From a virus (Duplodnaviria > Caudoviricetes): a DNA stretch of 64,000 nt. The stretch is from IMG/VR virus record IMGVR_UViG_3300029305_003178, positions 163,230 to 227,229 of that record, one strand, 5' to 3'. Position numbers and translations under genes: made by a program. This document shows, piece after piece, positions 59,092 to 64,000 of this stretch (the first letter of the stretch is position 1; every line of letters starts with the position of its first letter). The notes below the pieces were generated by a model. The model had not been told where the DNA came from. It searched no databases and saw only the letters and a list, made by a program, of their open reading frames with translations.

Positions 59092-59737
59092 AGAAAAAAT
59101 TAAATTCGAATTCTATACTGAATATATGGATATGTTAGTTAAAGACAACCATCCAATAACTTCCATTAATGGTGAAGATGCATTCTATTACGAGAAATTA
59201 GATAATAAGCTAAGTGATAGAATCAGATTCCATGAGTATTTATATGGTTTATTAAAAATAGCTGTAGAAAACTATAATCGTACAACTATGAAAATGATGA
59301 AATCATATATGGATAATAATATCGACAGAGAAACAGAGAGTATATATGAACATGAGCAATTAGAAGCTTTATATGAACTCCAGGTATTAGTAGATACTGT
59401 TCTTGACGATTTTAATGGTACTACAATAATTCGTGAAAAATCTAGAAATCATCGTGATAGTGGTAATGGTTATGATGAGCGTATAATTCTTAAGAAAGTT
59501 CTTAGACCAATAAAAATATATGAAACAAATACTGCAAAAGTTTCTGAGCCGGCACAATCTCCTACAGAATCTCTTAAATTGGATTTGAATAAAATACAAG
59601 CTGATGGAGATTATCCAACTCCTATGTTTATCGGTGATCCAAATATGCCTGAACTTGAAGCGACAAATGGCCCTATAAATTGTAGTTCAACCATATCAGT
59701 TTTGGCAAATAGACCAAGATTTGATGAAGACGTCTGA
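59075..59737 (+). CDS. Hypothetical protein, tandem paralog of the previous gene with a C-terminal extension
   Basis: LYGLL...YELQVLVDTV...GNGYDERIIL. Confidence 0.7.
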   Translation: MKKMNKEKIKFEFYTEYMDMLVKDNHPITSINGEDAFYYEKLDNKLSDRIRFHEYLYGLLKIAVENYNRTTMKMMKSYMDNNIDRETESIYEHEQLEALYELQVLVDTVLDDFNGTTIIREKSRNHRDSGNGYDERIILKKVLRPIKIYETNTAKVSEPAQSPTESLKLDLNKIQADGDYPTPMFIGDPNMPELEATNGPINCSSTISVLANRPRFDEDV

Positions 59738-59877
59738 TAATATTAAATAACATTAAATAAGCTAATGAGGTTTTAAATAATCTCATTAGCTTTTTTTTTG
59801 TGTCTCTTTTATCTTGAACTTTTAAGTAATATGAAAAGTATTTTTCATAGATATTACTCGAAAGGAGCATTGATAAT

Positions 59878-60393
59878 ATGGATGAATTGCTGAAAGTTCT
59901 GTCTAATATTACAGCAGCTTCAGCACTTGAGTTTCTCATAGCCACTGCAGTTATAATATCTGCAATAGTGACAATCACCATTAAATTATATCAAATCTTC
60001 GAAAAGTTTAGAAAAGCGAGAAATGAAGAGGAAGCTCGTAGAGATAAACTTGAAGAAGTTTGTGAAGCAGTAAAAGATCTAAAAGATAAACAAGATCTGT
60101 TTATTGAAACTAGTACAAAGATCCATGAAAGTAGTAAAGTTATAGATACTATCCAAATGAGACATGCACTGGTTCAAGACTGTGAAGCTATTCTTAGACG
60201 CAAATATGTCACAAAATCACATTTACGTTCTATAGAAGAATTATATGGTGTATATAGTGGCGTATTAAATGCAAATGGTTATGTGAAAGATCTTGTTGAT
60301 GAAGTTCGTCAGTTGAGAAAACAAATTGATCTCAAAGAAGCTAATCATGTCATAGTTGATTATAATTACGATGAAACTAATGAAGAGTTTTAA
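59878..60393 (+). CDS. Membrane-anchored coiled-coil protein (holin-associated-like)
   Basis: N-terminal TM helix; IEELYGVYSGVLNANGYVKDL resembles the Y..LGGNG motif of Firmicute phage lysis-region proteins. Confidence 0.55.
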   Translation: MDELLKVLSNITAASALEFLIATAVIISAIVTITIKLYQIFEKFRKARNEEEARRDKLEEVCEAVKDLKDKQDLFIETSTKIHESSKVIDTIQMRHALVQDCEAILRRKYVTKSHLRSIEELYGVYSGVLNANGYVKDLVDEVRQLRKQIDLKEANHVIVDYNYDETNEEF

Positions 60394-60407
60394 GGAGGTG
60401 ACAGAAA

Positions 60408-61286
60408 ATGAGTTGTGAAGCTATTCAACATGATATTAGTTTAAAAGATTTTGTTGACTTATTATCTACTAAATGTAAATTAACTTTTAGAGATGGTATT
60501 AAAGTATATAACATCTTTAATAATACTGAAGCATACTATAAAATTCAGGTTATTATTAATTATAATTCTTGTAAAAAAACTAGTATTCATCCTAGTACTA
60601 TTTTGAGTTTATCTATTGATAAAATTAAAAAACATGTACTTGTTGATTCAATGGATTTAAATCAGACTACATATCAGGACTTATTATTATTTTTAGATGA
60701 GACACAGATTCATAAAACTAGAGTATATTTTGATCCAGACGACTTTAATTTTGAAAATGTTAAAACATGCCGTCATTCTACATTAATTTGTAGACCTCAC
60801 AAATTTATCTGTAGTAATTCTACAGAACAGGAAAGAAATTTCTATGTATTAGAATCTGATAATATGATTTATGATGGAATTACTACAACAGGTAGATTTG
60901 ATAGTGTTATGAATAATATCGGAAAAATTAAGTTAATTAAAGCCAATATTATTAAACAACTTAAAGAAGCTGGTTTTAGAGAAAGACATATCGTAGAACC
61001 ATCATTTACACATTTCTGTATTAATGGTACAAAAGTTCCAGTAATATATGAAAGAGATAAAATTTCTATTGGTTTTATTGATCAATATATCTGTATTACA
61101 ACCAGACCTGTTGGTCCTAATGTTGTAAATCATGAATGGGAAAAGTTTGTTATGTATAATGGAATTTTAGATTTTGAAATTGCCGATTATATAGAAAAAT
61201 ATACATTAGCATCTAATGATTGTAGTTTATGTGAACCAATTGAGGATGTTAAAGATATGGAAGGATGTGCTTGTGATGGCATCTAA
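60408..61286 (+). CDS. Hypothetical protein
   Basis: AAGGAGGTG RBS, 292 aa. Confidence 0.75.
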   Translation: MSCEAIQHDISLKDFVDLLSTKCKLTFRDGIKVYNIFNNTEAYYKIQVIINYNSCKKTSIHPSTILSLSIDKIKKHVLVDSMDLNQTTYQDLLLFLDETQIHKTRVYFDPDDFNFENVKTCRHSTLICRPHKFICSNSTEQERNFYVLESDNMIYDGITTTGRFDSVMNNIGKIKLIKANIIKQLKEAGFRERHIVEPSFTHFCINGTKVPVIYERDKISIGFIDQYICITTRPVGPNVVNHEWEKFVMYNGILDFEIADYIEKYTLASNDCSLCEPIEDVKDMEGCACDGI

Positions 61287-62229
61287 GACATATGACTTAT
61301 ACAATAAATTATACAATGAATTCATAGAAAAATCTGACTGGAATCAATTATCTAGAAAAGAATTATCTGAAGAGTTCGTTTTAGAATTTAAAGATAAACT
61401 TAACTGGATGGTTGTATCACAGTGTTTACCTATGAGTGAAGAATTGATTGAGAAAGTTAAAAAATATGTAGATTGGAAACATATATCATCTCATCAGAAA
61501 TTATCTGAGAACTTTATTAGAACTCATAAACACTTAGTTCATTGGGATGAAATTTGTAGACATCAGAGATTAACAGAACCTTTTATTGAAGAGATGATTG
61601 ATTATATTGATTGGATTGCAATTAGCTATGCTCAGTCATTATCTGAAGAGTTTATTAGAAAATATTCCGATAAAGTTTATTGGATTCATATATCCGCTAA
61701 TCAGAGACTATCCGAAGAATTTATCATTGAATTTCAGGATAGAGTAAATTGGGACTCTATATCATCTAGACAAAAATTGTCTGAAGAATTTATGAAAACA
61801 TATATTAAGAAATTGAGTAAATCCCACATATCTATGCAGCAACAGCTTAGTGAAGATTTCATTAGAACGTATGCCGATGTATTAGATTGGGATAATATTT
61901 CTGTGTTCCAGGTATTAAATGAAGACCTTATCAGAGAATTTGCTGGTAAAGTAAACTGGGCGATGGTATCTAGATTCTCCACTCTTAGTGAAAAATTCAT
62001 TAGAGAATTCCAGGATAGAGTCGATTGGAAAGAAATTTGTAAATATCAGAAATTATCTGAAAACTTTATTAGAGAATTCCAGGATAAAGTTTACTGGTAT
62101 CATATCTCTATTTATCATAAATTATCTGAAGGATTCATTAGAGAATTTAAAGATAAAGTTGATTGGTGTGAGATAATTAGAAATCAGAATTTAAGTTCTG
62201 AATTTTTAGAAGAATTTAAAAATTATTAA
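61216..62229 (+). CDS. Tryptophan-repeat protein (~13 x 23-aa repeats); true start probably MASKTY at ~61276
   Basis: Consensus W-x-x-I-S/C-x-x-Q-x-LSE-x-FIREF-x-D-K/R-V. Confidence 0.85.
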   Translation: MIVVYVNQLRMLKIWKDVLVMASKTYDLYNKLYNEFIEKSDWNQLSRKELSEEFVLEFKDKLNWMVVSQCLPMSEELIEKVKKYVDWKHISSHQKLSENFIRTHKHLVHWDEICRHQRLTEPFIEEMIDYIDWIAISYAQSLSEEFIRKYSDKVYWIHISANQRLSEEFIIEFQDRVNWDSISSRQKLSEEFMKTYIKKLSKSHISMQQQLSEDFIRTYADVLDWDNISVFQVLNEDLIREFAGKVNWAMVSRFSTLSEKFIREFQDRVDWKEICKYQKLSENFIREFQDKVYWYHISIYHKLSEGFIREFKDKVDWCEIIRNQNLSSEFLEEFKNY

Positions 62230-62259
62230 AATTAATTATAACGCCCACAACAATATATT

Positions 62260-62385
62260 ATAGCATAAGCTATAACAATTTTCAAGGGCAATCTTCTTCT
62301 TGTATTTCGGCATATAGTTTTCGGCGGATTATATTGCCAAATATTTACCTCCTTTACATGATGAGTGTAAAGGAGGTATTATTTA
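62260..62385 (+). ncRNA. Candidate small RNA
   Basis: AACA-N6-TA at 62249-62260; GC-enriched ORF-free stretch ending in hairpin tacctcctttaca/tgtaaaggaggta. Confidence 0.3.
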
Positions 62386-62415
62386 TGAAAAATTAAAGTT
62401 CAGTACATTTCATTA

Positions 62416-63678
62416 ATGAAAGGATGTGATATTATGGGTTATTGTATTGCACAGACATCTTTAGCTCATACATACGGAAATGTCACTGCATTTATATTAG
62501 AATATGTAAAAGGATTATTTCCTAAGAACTATTTTAGTACAGTAACAGTCAGTTCTAAAATAGCTTTTAAAGAATTTGATATATTAAAAAATACTAATTC
62601 AAATGTATTTAAGAAAACTAAACCTATGTTGATTATAAAACCTAGGGTTGAAATAGAGTCTAATGATAATTTTCTTTCTGGAACTTATTTAACTGCAAGG
62701 GTAGATGATAATTATCGAGATGTGGATTTTTCTAATTTACAGAGTTTTATATACGATAAATCTCGTGGTGCTGAGATGAAATTTTTATTAAATCGTATTA
62801 GAATGGTATTTGATGTTGTAATTATTACTGAAACTCAGATAGAACAGCTTAACCAAGCATTTTATTTTAAAAATGCTGTTAGACAGGATATACCATTCTT
62901 TTTATCCACATCATTAGAAAGTTATATTCCAAGAGAAATGATGGAATTAATGGGTAATGATGTTGGTATTCCAGTATACGATGAGAATGGTTCTGTAAAG
63001 AAATTTCTTGATTATATTAATACTAATTCTATTTACCCTGTGTCTTATAAAATGAAAAATTCTAGTGGTCATGATGAATTTTTCAGATTTTACCCAGCAA
63101 ATATCGATACGACTATTACAAATTTATCAATAGATGATGGTTCTAAAAAAGGTATGGTATCCGATGCATTTACTATATCGTTTTCTATAGTTACCGAATT
63201 TAATACTGCTGGGTTATATTATTACTTTAGTGAAAGACCTGAGGTTATTGATGAAATAGTTATGGGTATGGGTGTAAAAAATGATAATAGAATTATTCCA
63301 TTATTTACTATAAAAGATCTTCATTCTAAAAAATTGCCTGATGGGTGGACAGAGTATGCTGCACCTATATATAAGGTTGAAGCTAAAGATAAATATGATG
63401 AGTTAGATATAAGACCTATTCTTAATAATAGCCTTATCAGATGTATAAATTATCATAAAGAAAATGGTATTCCATTAGATGTATTTATGCAGGTTATTGT
63501 TATGAGAGACAATAGAGTATTAACACCACATAAAGATTATAGCGTGGATTTTAATAATTATATCTTAACAACAAAAAAAATTAATCTCGATTCCACATAT
63601 AGATTAATAATTAATGTTAATACTCACTATATCAACTCACTGATAAAAGAAATGTTTAATCTCGATGACGAAAAATAA
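62416..63678 (+). CDS. Probable virion structural protein
   Basis: 420-aa beta-rich ORF (likely start MGYC); late-like TACA-N6-TA upstream. Confidence 0.55.
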   Translation: MKGCDIMGYCIAQTSLAHTYGNVTAFILEYVKGLFPKNYFSTVTVSSKIAFKEFDILKNTNSNVFKKTKPMLIIKPRVEIESNDNFLSGTYLTARVDDNYRDVDFSNLQSFIYDKSRGAEMKFLLNRIRMVFDVVIITETQIEQLNQAFYFKNAVRQDIPFFLSTSLESYIPREMMELMGNDVGIPVYDENGSVKKFLDYINTNSIYPVSYKMKNSSGHDEFFRFYPANIDTTITNLSIDDGSKKGMVSDAFTISFSIVTEFNTAGLYYYFSERPEVIDEIVMGMGVKNDNRIIPLFTIKDLHSKKLPDGWTEYAAPIYKVEAKDKYDELDIRPILNNSLIRCINYHKENGIPLDVFMQVIVMRDNRVLTPHKDYSVDFNNYILTTKKINLDSTYRLIINVNTHYINSLIKEMFNLDDEK

Positions 63679-63690
63679 GGGGTAATTAAT

Positions 63691-64000
63691 ATGTTTATGA
63701 AGCTATTAAGAAAGTTAATTAGATACATTCTGAATTTACCTATGGTGCAGGAAGAGATTAATAACATGGTTAGACAGAATGTAGCAGCAATTTTAACTAA
63801 AGAAGAATTTGATGATACTGATTGGATTTATATTTCTTCTATAGGGGTATTATCTGAGGATGTATTAAGAAAATATAAAGATAAAATTAATTGGTCTGGT
63901 ATTTGTCGGTATCAAATCTTGAGTGAATCTTTTATGAAAGAACACCAATTTTATCTTGATTGGGATGCAGTGTCACAATATCAGAAATTATCTGATAAAT
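63691..64000 (+). CDS. Second tryptophan-repeat protein, truncated by the window edge
   Basis: AAGGGG RBS; DWIYISSIGVLSEDVLRKYKDKINWSGICRYQILSESFMKEHQFYLDWDAVSQYQKLS. Confidence 0.8.
   Translation, partial: MFMKLLRKLIRYILNLPMVQEEINNMVRQNVAAILTKEEFDDTDWIYISSIGVLSEDVLRKYKDKINWSGICRYQILSESFMKEHQFYLDWDAVSQYQKLSDK

Noticed and set aside
61216-62229. Diversity-generating retroelement target
   Set aside because: No reverse transcriptase or template/variable repeat pair is visible; variation is not adenine-specific
1-64000. tRNA/rRNA genes and stop-codon reassignment
   Set aside because: No cloverleaf or rRNA signature was noticed by eye (a tRNA scan is still needed), and known genes translate full length in the standard code

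Overview
Very AT-rich 64-kb segment of a jumbo bacteriophage genome of the phiKZ/AR9(PBS1)-like group, which encode their own multisubunit RNA polymerases. The host is probably an anaerobic Firmicute (NrdD/NrdG, Gram-positive-type lysins and RBSs). The window holds three RNAP subunit genes: beta, beta'-N carrying NADFDGD, and beta'-C, which is split by a group I intron with an HNH homing endonuclease. It also holds a 2873-aa tape-measure/tail lysin, other virion genes, nucleotide metabolism genes (dut, tmk, nrdD with a mini-intein, nrdG, thyA), a RusA-like resolvase, a 5'-3' nuclease and many hypothetical proteins. The main find is an unannotated non-coding array at 37312-37884: 16 units of about 36 nt, each with two alternating 9-nt repeats and two unique 9-nt spacers. 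It lies downstream of, and apparently in one early operon with, an IS110/Nop-domain protein with no recognisable nuclease domain (38331-39593). This is the architecture of a TIGR-Tas (TasA-type) RNA-guided DNA-targeting system, here with divergent AT-rich repeats, an AT-hook extension and an intervening accessory gene. Two phage promoter classes (TATATATTAT-N5-TG and AACA-N6-TA), several candidate ncRNAs, a candidate origin and several unusual multidomain proteins are also visible. All calls were made by eye, with no database searches.
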